Assembly (NCBI GenBank): GCA_047967505.1
Contig: CM106538.1
Reading direction: 5' to 3' (one strand)
DNA: 64,000 nt
From: Dipteris shenzhenensis
Lineage: Eukaryota
In this document: positions 1 through 11,749 of the stretch, piece by piece
Numbering within the stretch: the stretch's first letter is position 1
Layout of the letters: every line of letters starts with the position of its first letter
The notes under the pieces: model-generated
Told to the model about the DNA's origin: nothing
The model's database searches: none
Seen by the model: the letters and a program-made list of their open reading frames with translations, nothing else
Translations under genes and position numbers: made by a program

Positions 1-48
1 AATTTTACTTCTTTTAGAGTTTTTATTAAAACAAGCATTTTTAAAAAT

Positions 49-81
49 TAGGGTTTTGGGCCCTATATAAAAGAATGGGCC
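49..81 (+). promoter_or_regulatory. Plant promoter module: telo-box, two site II elements and a TATA box upstream of the H3-like gene
   Basis: TAGGGTTT at 49-56, TGGGCC at 57-62 and 76-81, TATATAAA at 64-71; about 130 bp upstream of the ATG at 204. Confidence 0.45.
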
Positions 82-203
82 CTCATTTTCATTTCATTGT
101 TTAAAGAGCTCTCTAGTCCCACACCACCTCCCACTTGCCCCTGACATTTCCACCCTATATTTTGCACCCTCACCCTTTCTCTCGCACACTCTCTCCATCC
201 CCC

Positions 204-951
204 ATGGCCAGGCGCAAGATCAAGGCACCATAAAGACTGGCACAACCAGACCCACCTCTAGACTCAAAGACAAAGAATGATAGCCTCCCCCCCTCTCCCC
301 CGATGATCCCTGTTGAAGGGAGAAACTGCCAATCCGAAAGCCAGACAGGGAGCAAGGAGTAAGCCCACAGACAGAGGGGCAGAGGAAGGCACAAGAGGAT
401 CATTATGCAGAGGCTGATGACTCAGAGAGCACAGAGGAGGAGCATGAGGAAGAGGAACAACGAAGGACAGAGCAAAGGAATAAGGCAAGAACAGACAATT
501 AGGGTCCACGCCAATGGGGGATAGGACACCAAGCTCTAGATCCATGGCAAAGAGGCCCTCAACATCTAGGAAGAGGCCCTCCACATCAAGGGTAAAGAGG
601 CCCTCCTCCAGTGAGGTGATACAGATTCAAGCTAGGGACAGTGGCACTTTGGGAGATCAGAAAATTTCAAAAGTCCATCGATCTACTCATCTTGATTGTG
701 AGCTTCGCAAGGGTGGTACGGTCATGTAGAACCTCAATAATAGCTCAACCTCTCGATTTTATAGGTGCGGAGTTATGGAGGCTCCCTAGCGTATTTCTAG
801 AGATGCCTTACTTACCATGCAGCATGCAACTAAGGTCTACCTAGTAGACCTCATGGATGACACCCAGCTAGCTACCATCCATAGGAAAACGATCGTGGTG
901 ACCGCAAAAGACATGTAGTGTATTGTATGCTCCACCTTGGGTGATAGTTAG
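204..951 (+). pseudogene. Divergent histone H3/CENH3-like pseudogene
   Basis: Starts MARRKIKAP* at 204. From 620 it reads YRFKLGTVALWEIRKFQKSIDLLILIVSFARVVR. After a frame change at ~721, from 790 it reads RISRDALLTMQHATKVYLVDLMDDTQLATIHRKTIVVTAKDM*CIV...*. This is colinear with the H3 histone fold ([30 protein letters not shown] / [41 protein letters not shown]). Several stops and frameshifts. Confidence 0.85.
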
Positions 952-1065
952 ATTCATATGCTCTGCCTATGGGCATCTGTCTTGTATCAGCCTCTTTTCA
1001 ATATAATAAAATGTCTATTATCTTTGTATGTGCAATCTCAAATTTATTTTCATTGTATTTGTAAT

Positions 1066-3730
1066 TGTTGGGGTAAAGGGCAGTGTGCCCACCCACTTGT
1101 ACAGTTGCCATGTATACTCATATATATATGATAGAGGAATAAGCTGGAGTAGCTTTTGCTCCACCACTTTTGGTGTCTCCTTATTCCTTTGTGTGTGCTC
1201 TCCTCTCCCACAACTGGTATCAGAGCAGGTCATGGTGTTCGGTCTGCAGGGAGCTTCGCGAGAGCTTGTGGTGTGTGCGAATCGAGCATTGAAGGAGCTT
1301 TGGATTAATGTTTCTCGTGGAGAAGATGGGACAGCCATAGCTATGTTGATCTGCTGATCTGAGCTCCGGGAGCTCGAGGAGAAGAGCCTGAGGAGAGAGT
1401 TCAATGCAGCCATCGAGGGAGCCCAGGCTGTTGAGGCACCCATGAGCGTGTGTTGCAAGACACTGTTGTAGAGCCGTGAGTAGGAGTGGTACCTTGTTAT
1501 GCCTAGTGGCTCTATTCTTGTTCTACAGAGGGTTAGACATATACCAGGACTTGCTACGAGCAAGATCAGTACTGGACAGTTGGTTGAGGTAGGTTATCAT
1601 GTCTCTTTGGGTGATCATGCATGGAAAATTGCTAGAGGCAATCTGGTTATGGCTAGGGGATCACGGGTTGGATTCTCTTATGCATTGCATGTATCAGGTG
1701 TCCAGGATAAGATGCTTATGATTAGTAAGCAGCCATCAGCTAGTTTATGGTATGCCAGACTTGGACATATGTCTACTGCAGGTATGGAAGCCCTTACAAC
1801 ATTGAGATACATTCCTGTTATGGATGTCTCTCAAATTTTATGTCATGATTGTGATGATGGTCAGCAATTAGGATCCTCCTTTGTGAGGAAGATAGTCAGT
1901 GAGAGATATCTTGAGCCATTGCAGTTGGTTCATAGTGCAGTTTGTGGGCCTATGCCTACCGTTTCACTGGGTGGCGCCTCTTACTTTGTGACATTTATTG
2001 ATGCTGCTACAAAGTACATATGGGTATATCCGATTCGGAAGAAGCATGATGTATATGATACATTTCAGCGCTTCTTGGGTAATGCTGAAAATCAGTCAAG
2101 AAAGAAGCTATTGAGCTTGATGACTGATGGTGATGCAGAGTTTACCTCTTCTAGATTTCAGCATCTATCTGATACACTTGGTATCAAGAGGGTGTTGACC
2201 ACTCCTCATCTTTCTGCTCACGATGCCTTAGCAGAAGGCATAAATCGGATTCTATTGGACAGGATGGGTAGCATGCTATGGTATGCAGGTCTTACCGAAT
2301 GCTATTGGGCTGAGGCATGTAAGACAGCTGCATACTTGCTTAACAGGTCACCCAGGAGATCTCTGAATGGTAGAGTGCCATTTGACTTCTTGATAGGCAA
2401 GGCACCATGTTATGAGCATTTACGTGTGTTTGGCTACGAGGCTTATGCTCATGGTTCCCGATCGAGGAGGTGTATCTTCCTTGGATATAGTGAGTCCAAT
2501 AAGGACTATAGGTTATGGGATTCTTCAACTAGAGAATTGATACGCAGCCATAATGTCTATTTCAGAGAGGATGCTATGTTTAGACAGCCCAGGACTATGG
2601 ATAGCAGGAGAGTGGTATTCCAGGAAGGTGTAAGTGCACTGATACCTCCGAATTCTTTGCAGGGGCAGCCCATATCCCTTGGAGTGGGAGGTTTTTCCCA
2701 CGGTGAGCAGGTTATAAAGTTGGGACAGCCACGATTACTTCCTGATTTTGGTCAGAGACGATCAGATGTCTCAAGTATTCCACAGGTTTATACTCCTATG
2801 GAGATTGTTGATGCATCTTCTATGGATAGTTACAGTTTACTCCCAGGATGCAGAGTGCCTCTTGCAGATGAGGATGAGGCTATGCATGGTGAGGAGGATA
2901 CCTTGGCTAATGATGCCCGGTATGATCCATTGGCTGGTTATGCTAGGACAGATGTGGTTTCTACAGTTATTGACTCGGGTCATATTGCGCATGGGCAGGA
3001 ATCATTGATATGTTTGCTTCGTAAGCGCCTTCATGGCCAGAAGCAATCTCCTCGAGCTTGGCTTCATAGGTTTGATACCATTATGAGAGCTCAGGATGTG
3101 ATGCGCAGTCAGACAGGTTATGGTCTCAGTATTTAGGAGGTTGCTATCCTTCTGAGGTTACTTGCCATATGGTTCCTTATGGACAGGGATGCTTTGTAGT
3201 GGGAGCTGCATGGTCTTGATGATGTTTGTCCGATACTTGGTTGTTTCAATATGGAGAGGGGGAAGTTACTGAGTACTCCGTTGCCTGTATTGGCTCCATA
3301 CTTGAAACACAGTAGGTTTGACAATCATAGATCAATTGAGCAGCAAGTTATGGTTGATATGGCAGCCATAGTACTTCATGCATCCATGACTATGTTGAGA
3401 CTTGGTTCTCACATGTTTGCCATTGGGGCTACACTTCCGGTTCTTGCTTCCGTTGCAATGGGAGTTGCTAGCATGATTATGGTAGATTTTGGTAGTAGGG
3501 AAGCGGTTGTGGACATCAAGTCCTTATGCTTCCAAGAGCAGCATGCAGGTGATGCAGGTTGGGTAGACCAACAGAGGTCTATTATAGGGCATGTGCTTAT
3601 GGTCACAGGTGGTACAGAGACATTTTCTTTACACAGTGACAGTTCAGGTGCTATGGACTTAGCACAGGAGCACGTGGTGGTGAGAGTTCACTCTCCCAGT
3701 GAGATCTGGCATGAGATCTTGGTTGACAGT
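1066..3730 (+). mobile_element. Ty1/copia LTR retrotransposon, internally deleted, 3' LTR missing
   Basis: Candidate 147-bp LTR TGTTG...CCCACA (1066-1212) and tRNA-iMet PBS TGGTATCAGAGC (1215-1226), followed by pre-integrase, integrase, and RT/RNase H scraps. Abuts CACTA sequence at ~3730. Confidence 0.85.
1499..3136 (+). CDS. Copia pol ORF (GAG-pre-integrase plus integrase core, RT largely deleted), 545 aa
   Basis: LWYARLGH, PLQLVHSAVCGP, YFVTFIDAAT, MTDGDAEF, AEGINR, YWAEA..TAAYLLNRSP, HLRVFG, CIFLGY; only a short RT piece (LRKRLHGQKQSPRAW). Confidence 0.85.
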   Translation: MPSGSILVLQRVRHIPGLATSKISTGQLVEVGYHVSLGDHAWKIARGNLVMARGSRVGFSYALHVSGVQDKMLMISKQPSASLWYARLGHMSTAGMEALTTLRYIPVMDVSQILCHDCDDGQQLGSSFVRKIVSERYLEPLQLVHSAVCGPMPTVSLGGASYFVTFIDAATKYIWVYPIRKKHDVYDTFQRFLGNAENQSRKKLLSLMTDGDAEFTSSRFQHLSDTLGIKRVLTTPHLSAHDALAEGINRILLDRMGSMLWYAGLTECYWAEACKTAAYLLNRSPRRSLNGRVPFDFLIGKAPCYEHLRVFGYEAYAHGSRSRRCIFLGYSESNKDYRLWDSSTRELIRSHNVYFREDAMFRQPRTMDSRRVVFQEGVSALIPPNSLQGQPISLGVGGFSHGEQVIKLGQPRLLPDFGQRRSDVSSIPQVYTPMEIVDASSMDSYSLLPGCRVPLADEDEAMHGEEDTLANDARYDPLAGYARTDVVSTVIDSGHIAHGQESLICLLRKRLHGQKQSPRAWLHRFDTIMRAQDVMRSQTGYGLSI

Positions 3731-3739
3731 CCTCAATAT

Positions 3740-6700
3740 TGTGATCTCCATCTTCCTCCCGTGCGATGTCATTATGTGCATCTTTCTCTTGGCTCATATT
3801 GTGATCTTCATCTTCTTCGCTAGATTCATTGGGATCAATTGGATCCGGCATTGGTAGTGGCATCTCCATATCCACATCTCGATATTCAAAAATTTTCTTA
3901 CTTCGTGGTGCAACTTGGATCACGTACCACCATCTTGGATCAAAACGATCCGGATGAAAAACCACCTATATTGAAGATGGGTGCCAAATGTCATCAATTA
4001 TATATATGAAATTATGCTCAAGTACATGTATCAATGGCTCTTTAAAAACGACTCAAAAACGAAAGCTTCGATTAATTAAATCATTAGTATGCACCTGCTC
4101 ACAGTGCTCAGGAAGAACAAAAGTATCACTTTCATCGGTCCAATGTTTGGTGGAATCTATTGCAAAGAAACCGCTACTATCTTTTCTCACTGTTGCATGG
4201 GAACCGTTGTAAATAGTTCTAAACCATTTTACATCAAGAATGAAAATACTAAATCGTCTGAAATCAACTTCATAGATGTCACGTATGGTTCCACAATAAT
4301 CCAACTGTGAGGAGAGAAGATTGGTATCCAAAGCACTTGCTCGGCTATCTTGTGTGAAGTTAGCCATGACTCCACAATCATACATGACTCTCTTTGAATC
4401 GATGTGTTCCATGTGAAAATGTCGTCCATATGACCATAATGCACTGTACTTTTTGTACTGTAAAAGAGCATCATTATAACAATGAAAATGCATCTATTTT
4501 ATAGCGTATATTGCCACAAATAATTACTTAATTATGTCAAAAGGTAAGAAACTTACATGCACCATACATCCAGATGATAATTCTCACTCACACTTGTTTA
4601 TTGTCTCTCCATCGCGTTCGGCTTTACATAGAGTCAGTTGTAGCCAATCAAGTGACATGTGAGTGGGGAGAAGAGCCAGATCCCGTAGATATGGTTGCAA
4701 TCGCCTGTACATTACTCTGAATCTCGTCCTTGCATTTATTCTTTCTACTTTGGCCACTTCATATCTCTCAGTCCACTTTTGCATCTCAGGGCTATTGAGG
4801 ATACAAGACTTATTGAATTTCTCCATTTGCTCTTCACTCATATTTCTTTCAATCCCTTTTCCTTGGGGAACCTCGCCAATGATGCGGTCATCATCCTTGT
4901 TATGCCAAGCTTGCAGCATATTGGGATCCTTGGATGCAAGAAACTCTAAGATATATACTAATGACTCTTGCACAAGCCATCCCTCTACCATGCTTGCTTC
5001 TGGTCTTGCTCTTTGTCTTACAAATCCCTTTAAAGTTTTCATAAACCGCTCGAGAAAAAACATCCATCGACTATGAACGGTACCTGCAATAGCCACCTCA
5101 TCAACTATGTGCACAAGCAAGTGGACTTGAGTTGTCATAATGCTCAAGGGAAAGTGCTTCCCAAGCAAGCATACGGCTTCGATGAATTCCACCCTAGCCT
5201 TCTTGATGCTCGATATGGAGATCTCTTTTTGAGATATCCACCTATTTCACATGTCCATGTAAGATATTTTCATAATCATACAGATTAATCAGCTTAAATT
5301 GAAGAAAATGCAATCAATGCGATTTGATAGTAAGCATACCTCACAATACCACAGATCTTGAATATAGCATTTCTAACATCTTCTTGTAAGCACCCTTTTA
5401 TTGTAATTAGGAGGATGAACTATCAAAGCAACAAAGAAGTCATGTCAACAATATAACATAATCATAATTATGCTAACGCATCACGATTATCAGTACACTA
5501 ATTCTACTTAGAATACCTGTAAGACCTTGTGCCAATCATGGGACTTGAGCCCACTAAGCTTATTGTCCTTTGAAAATGCTCCTTGCAAGCAACGCATGTA
5601 CCTTGTCGGTGTTTAAAAAAAGGCAATGTCTACCTTGATTGATGCCTTGTAGAGAGGATCCACGTTGCTTTCGGGAGGATAACTCTTCCCGAAGCATGCA
5701 CTTGGGGCCATAAACGAGACATCCTATTCATAGCATGCAAGTCTTCTCGCACTCCTCTCGAGTCTTTGGAACCAACCAAGTGTGCCCAAATAGTAGCCCC
5801 TACATTCTTGAAGATATGCATGGGATCCAAGAGATGATTGATTTGTAACTGACCCCAATAAGGAAGCTCGTGAAAGATCGATAGCCTCTTCATACCAGGA
5901 GGAGGTTCCTCTCCATTCGCCCTCCAAGCTTAAATCCAATCACTTGCCTTCAAATATGATGGTGGTGGATCAAGCTAACTAACCTCCACGTGCGAGATGG
6001 TCGAGTGGAAGGTATCGAGCATGACCTTCATAAACATTTTTCCTCATATGTTTGGAGTAACGTGCAAGTGATTTCAAACCCGATCCACAAATAGGACAAG
6101 CATGGTACCCACTCATAACAAGTCCTACACGCATGCATGAATGTGTTAGTATAAGACATGCATGCAAAAGAGAGTCATAAAAGCATAATCCCTCATTATA
6201 CATGTAGAGACACAACCACGTACCTGTGCACTCTCCATATCCTAGGTAGTCATGCATGGTCCATATCAAGATACCCTTGACCAAAATATCATTGGTATGT
6301 CTAGGAGCTCTAGAAATATCAAAGACCTGCACTCCTCTCCATAATATTTGTAACTCGTCTATCAAAGGTGCCATGAACACGTCCATATTTTTTGCCTTGT
6401 ACTTTCCTGGCACAAGTAGTGCAAGCATGAGGTGTCTCTTTTTTATTGTTAGCCATGGTGGGATATTGTAATTCACCACGACTATGGGCCATGTCGACCA
6501 AGATGTTGAGCGTAACCCGAAAGGATTCACGCCATCCATGGTGAGCCCAAGATGTAAGTTGCGTGGCTCCCTCGCAAACTCCGGCCACTAGTTATCTATG
6601 TGCTTCCAAGCTACACAATCTACGGGAATCCTCAATGTGTCATCAGTGGATCGATGAGATGCATGCCATGTCATCAACTCTGCTATGGATTTGCATTGGA

Positions 6701-7420
6701 ACATGTGTTGTATTCTTGCAATGATGGGAAAGTGTCTCAAGACCTTTACTGGTATCCGCTCACCCTACAAGTCATCTCTAGATCGTTGTTTCCCACACTT
6801 TGGACAACTAGCCAAATCTCCATGCTCATGACGAAAGAGAATACAATCATTACTGCAAGCATGGATGGTATCATAATCCATACCCACCATTGTTAGCATC
6901 TTTTTCGCTTCATCTCTTAATGCGGGCATGGTATTTGGTGCAGGCAACATCTTGTGGAGCAACCTATGACAATTCAAACATACATAGGCTTCGAACAAGG
7001 ATGATTCGATATACACTATCCAAATGATGATTCTCAAAACAAACAATATCCAAATAATGAGTCAAATTAAAGCAAGAGCTAACCTCATTAAGGCCGAGAC
7101 ACTTGTATCCGACCACCCATACTTTATTTGCAGATTCAAGATTGAGAGACAAGCACGTAGTTTGGACATCCTAGCACCCTCGTACAATTGTGTTGATTGC
7201 AACTCTCGCATTTTGACCTCAGATTCTGACATCACATGTACATGGAATGTAGTGCCCCTAAAAATAGAATCCATCATGTCGACCATACCCTCGTCATCAT
7301 CCGAGAGACTATAGTCTTGCTCAAAGTGTGAAGGTATATGCATACCCTCGTCAGCCTCCTCATCCTGTTTTAAGATTTTGTGTAAATATAAGATCTTGTA
7401 TTTCCTGCAATCCAATAAGA
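3740..7420 (-). pseudogene. Tnp2/TnpD-family CACTA transposase, intron-split and disrupted
   Basis: YDTIHACSNDCILF..CPKC; DGVNPF..WPIVVVNYNIPPW..DVFMAPLIDELQILW (Transposase_21-like); FHELPYW..HLLDPMHIFKN; HLLVHIVDE..HSRWMFFLERFMKTLK (DUF4218-like); YCGTIRDI..KWF..FVLP and WWYVIQVAPR (DUF4216-like). Confidence 0.92.
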
Positions 7421-7757
7421 CTGCGAACTTAAATAGCTTTGACTTACCGATAGTCCATCAACACGTGCAACACCAACGATGGGTACTGGTTCGGGCTCCT
7501 CCCCATACATCCGCAAGTGGCGCATGATAATACAATGTTGATGTCATACTTCTCGCTTGCAATGAGTGCAATGACAGTATAACCTCTCCGCAAGCCACTT
7601 TGTGCTCCTAGGCATTGGCGCATCATCGGATGAGCTTCCACTCGTCCCTTCCATCTACACTTATAAAATCACAACATAAGTTGCAAGAAAATATATTAAC
7701 AGTTATCAAATAGCATCTATGAGCTTCCCTTCAACTTAAAACAAAAAGTGTCTTAAA

Positions 7758-7865
7758 GCGTCGCTATATAGCAACGTTTTGCTTTGTTCTGTCGCTATAT
7801 AGCAACGCTTTTAATTAAAAACGTTGCTATATAGCGATGTTTAAGCGTCGCTATATAGCGACGCT
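7758..7865. repeat. Cluster of four palindromic CACTA subterminal-type repeats
   Basis: Repeated (CG)T[C/T]GCTATATAGC[A/G]A, including the perfect 22-bp palindrome AGCGTCGCTATATAGCGACGCT at 7844-7865. Confidence 0.8.
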
Positions 7866-8534
7866 GTGGGCTAAAATCGAAACCCGATGCTACATGTGGC
7901 GCTTTCTTTAGCACTCTCTAATCTTTCAAGTAAGCAAGGCAATCTCTCCTCCCACCTATTTTCGACCACCTCCCACCTATTTCCAACAACCTCCCACTCT
8001 ATTCTCCACTCCTCACCCTTCTCCTAGCTCTTGTGCTCTCTCTCCACCCTTCTCCCTCTTTAGTTTCTTGAAAGGAAGTTTTTCAAGAGGTGAGTCTATT
8101 TCAACAATGTAGGTTATCTGTTTGTTAGCTTTAGTTTTGTGAGTGCTTCTGCTTGTATTGCTAAACCTGTAAACTAATATTCATGCTTGTTTCCAAAGGA
8201 TTGGAACAAAAAACGAGATTTAAAGAAAGAAAGAAGACTCACCTCTTCTTTTCCTTTTTTGTATTTCTCTTCCTTCTCTTTCTCCTTGTCTCCTCAATCT
8301 TCTCCTTTCAAGAAGTTACTTTTGTAATCTCCTCCTTCCTTTAACATCTTATTTGAAAAATGGTATGTTTCCTCTCTTTTGTAGGGCCAATCCACAACAC
8401 CGAGCGGGACGTACTATTTCAGGTAAGTGCTTCCTCTTGTTTCCATTTGTTATTTTTGTTATTTGCATTGGTCTGCAGCTAGCGCTTAAGCGCTAGCTGC
8501 AGTGATGGATGTAGGAACCCTCTCTCCTTCAATC

Positions 8535-8740
8535 TTTCAATCTCTTTCCTCCTCTTTTCCCCTCTTTCCTTTCCCTCTTTTTCTCTCTTTCTTTCCCTCT
8601 TCTTCTCTCTTTTCCTCTTTTTCCCTCTTTCCTTTACCTCTTCTTCTCTCTTTCTCTCTTTCCTTTCCCTCTTCTTCTCTCTTTCTTTCCCTCTTTTTCT
8701 CTCTTTCCTTTCCCTCTTCTTCTCTCTTTCTCCCTTCTCT
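8535..8740. repeat. CT-rich low-complexity tandem repeat
   Basis: Repeated CTCTTTCCTTTCCCTCTTCTT-type units. Confidence 0.85.
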
Positions 8741-9239
8741 TATGCTCATGCATAAGCATGATCATATGCTCATGCTTATGCTTATGCATGAGCATAAGAG
8801 AAGTAGACATATGCTCATGCATAAGCATGCTTTTAGCGACTTTTATAATGACGTTTGCGCTCGTGAAAAAAAAGTAATGTAAAAAGCGTCGGTATTTTTG
8901 TCAGAAAAGAGCCTATGCCTTGTAGTGAAACACCTTCAAAAGTTACAATAAGCAAACTGTCATAATATTTATAATGGTGTTAACAAACACCTCAAAAGCT
9001 GCAATATTAAGCAAAATCTTGCAATATTAAATGTCTGATGAGAATAACATGATAATTGTTCGTAATCTTTTACTTCCAAGTAGTGATCCCAATGCTCCAC
9101 TCACTTTATTCCAAACCTTTCATTTCACACTATCGATTAAAGTATCAGTTGGACTGTTCACCCATACTCATCTGTGTAAACACACTACGGCACTCACCCA
9201 TCCTTATCATAGTGAGCACACCTTTCTCTCATTCTTGCT

Positions 9240-9525
9240 CTATTTATGTTCTTCACTCCTCACCCTCAACATTACGTTACTAAACTTGTATTCTTCCATC
9301 TTAGTCCTTCCACAAACGCACTCTTCTTTCTTCCATCCTAGTCCTTCTGCAAGCAATTTCTTCTTCCACCTCTTCTTTATCTATTTATGTTCTTCACTCC
9401 TCATCCTCGACATTGCATTAATGAACTTGTATTCTTCCATCCTCTTCCTTCCACAAACACTCTCTTCTTTCTTCCATCCTAGTCCTTTTGCAAGCACTTT
9501 CTTCTTCCATCTCTCTTTCTTTATC
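9240..9525. repeat. ~141-bp tandem duplication
   Basis: CTATTTATGTTCTTCACTCCTCA...CCATCCTAGTCCTT starts at both 9240 and 9381. Confidence 0.8.
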
Positions 9526-11749
9526 ATCTCCCCACCCATCCAAGGAGCAAGGAGAGAGGCCAAAATTTGACAAGGCTCTCCATTGACATAGATGGAGAGA
9601 GGAATTTGATACACAGAGGCACACAGAGAGGGAGGAGACTCTGAAGATAGTAGAGAGAAAAAGACTTTTACGGAATATTATAAAAGCATGACAAGATCTA
9701 TTAGAATTCTTAAGTAACCTTTGTCATCCAACACTCGGTATGGACGATTTGATGCAGATGCTGAAGAAACAATAAGGGCCTCACAAAGAAATTATCAAGA
9801 AACAATCTGTGATGTTACTGGCTGAATTTCTTTCTTCATTGTAATTATGTTGAGGATACAAACGTGGAGTCAATGGAAGATTGGGTTGCTGAGTAGATAA
9901 GAGAGACTAATGATGAGATCTTCTAGTGTGGTCTTGGCCTATGTGGCCTATAATAGTCAATAATCTTATTTTGTATTCTCTGCAACAAGCTTGGTAGGGC
10001 TGAGCAGATCATATTAGAATTGCTAATATAGTTTGTTTTTGAGTTGCAAATTCTCATCAAGTGTGGCTCTTGTGACTCTATAATGTTATAAAGTTTGACC
10101 TTGTAGCATAATTTGAGTAATCTTATTGTTTTGAGTCACAAATTCTCATCAAGCATATCCCTGATGTTTGTCCCTTATGTATCCATTAGTAACAGCCCCT
10201 TATGTATTCACATATTTAATACAATCAACCAAAATAACATTGTGAGCCAAGGAAAACAAGTCACACATTTAATATGTATCCATGATAAATGCCCATTATG
10301 TATCTATGAGTAAATGTCCATTATGTATTCACATATTTAATAAAATTAACCAAAATAACATTATGAGCAACAAAATCACAAATGCAAAGTTTTGCAACTT
10401 TGCTTTTGTACATGCATCATTCGCCAATAAAGTTTTTCCTACTTTAAAATATACTCATGTACATACTAAACTCCTCTACATGCTTCACAATGAAGTGGAC
10501 TTTGATGCTTGTTATGGACTCCGTTGTAATGCTTTGGAAATAGACTCTTTCTCTCGAGGCTTTGATGCTTTAAATTTGGCATATATGGACTCTTCCTCGG
10601 GCATAGAATTTGTCTACTTCCGAGCATGGACTTGGTTGTGATGGTTTAGGTGTAGAATCCATTGGAGGTTGTGATTCTATGGGCATATATTGAATCCCTA
10701 CTTTTGAGTGTGGGCTCAATTGTGATTCCTTGGGCATAGACTCCTCGGGAGGCTATGATGCTTGCGGTGTAGAATGAATCTCTACTTCCACTCATGGACT
10801 CTGCTGGGATCCTTTAGGCATAGACTCACCTAAATGTTCTGATTCTTTGTCCATAGATTGAGTCGAGTGGACTCCGTTCTGATGCTTTGGGTTTAGACTC
10901 CCCAGGCATATGTTGAATCTCTAATTTTGTGGCTGGACTCGATTGTGATGCTTTGGGAGTAGAGTCGTTTGAAGGCTATGATGGATTGGGAGTATATGAG
11001 TCTCTACTTTGGGCTCTCATGAATGAGGTGACTACTTCGGACCCATCTTCCTGATTCTTCATCCACTTATGTGCCCATGCCTTTTCCTTAGCTGTGGATA
11101 AAGTGGATATATGCTTCAAAATACTAGGGTCAATACTGCATTGACTAATAGGGATATCTTTTTCAAATATCTAATCGTAGTATTCAATGCATCACGTTTC
11201 ACCTATATGTTGATGCACTCCTCCATGCAATGATCTTTTTCGTTCCTGTCAAAAAACCATCCTTTCTTGAGGAGTTTCTCTATTGCCATTGTTACATAGC
11301 TATCTGGCAAATAATTTACGAGCCTCCACATTCTTGTTGTTGCCTCTTTTTTCTCAACCTTTGACTTTTGTGATAATAACAAAGTAACTTCATAAGTGAC
11401 CTCACCCTTCTCGTATGCATGACAAACTACCACAACTTGCTCAAACACCTCATCAGGTTGAAGACTTATACTTGTGTAGTCTGCATATCTATCTCTCACT
11501 ACCTTGAAGCTTGTGAGAGATTCTTTCTGTTCTTGATTTCCCCTTGGCACAACTGCATTTAAACATGTATAAAAATTGACTAATGTGTCTGCATCCACTT
11601 TTTTGGCAGTTCTTTTCAAATGTGTTGCTAGAGAACCAAGTGTCATTCCATAGACACCTCACTTTCATTAGGATTTCTGATGTCAAGGTTATCTTAAGCT
11701 TTGCAAAAATATCGTGATTCAGTCTTTTGGACTCAATCAAATATGTTGT

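Larger units (their letters stand above)
3730..8927 (-). mobile_element. CACTA/En-Spm (CMC) DNA transposon, degenerate, one terminus visible
   Basis: The minus strand begins CACTACAAGG at 8927. Palindromic GCTATATAGC-core repeats at 7758-7865. Tnp2-family transposase fragments lie downstream on the minus strand. Confidence 0.85.

Noticed and set aside
7758-7865. CRISPR-like palindromic repeats
   Set aside because: Irregular spacing, eukaryotic context and no cas genes; explained as CACTA subterminal repeats.
8502-8882. Charged or Phe/Ser-rich ORFs
   Set aside because: They arise from CT-rich low-complexity sequence inside the CACTA end.
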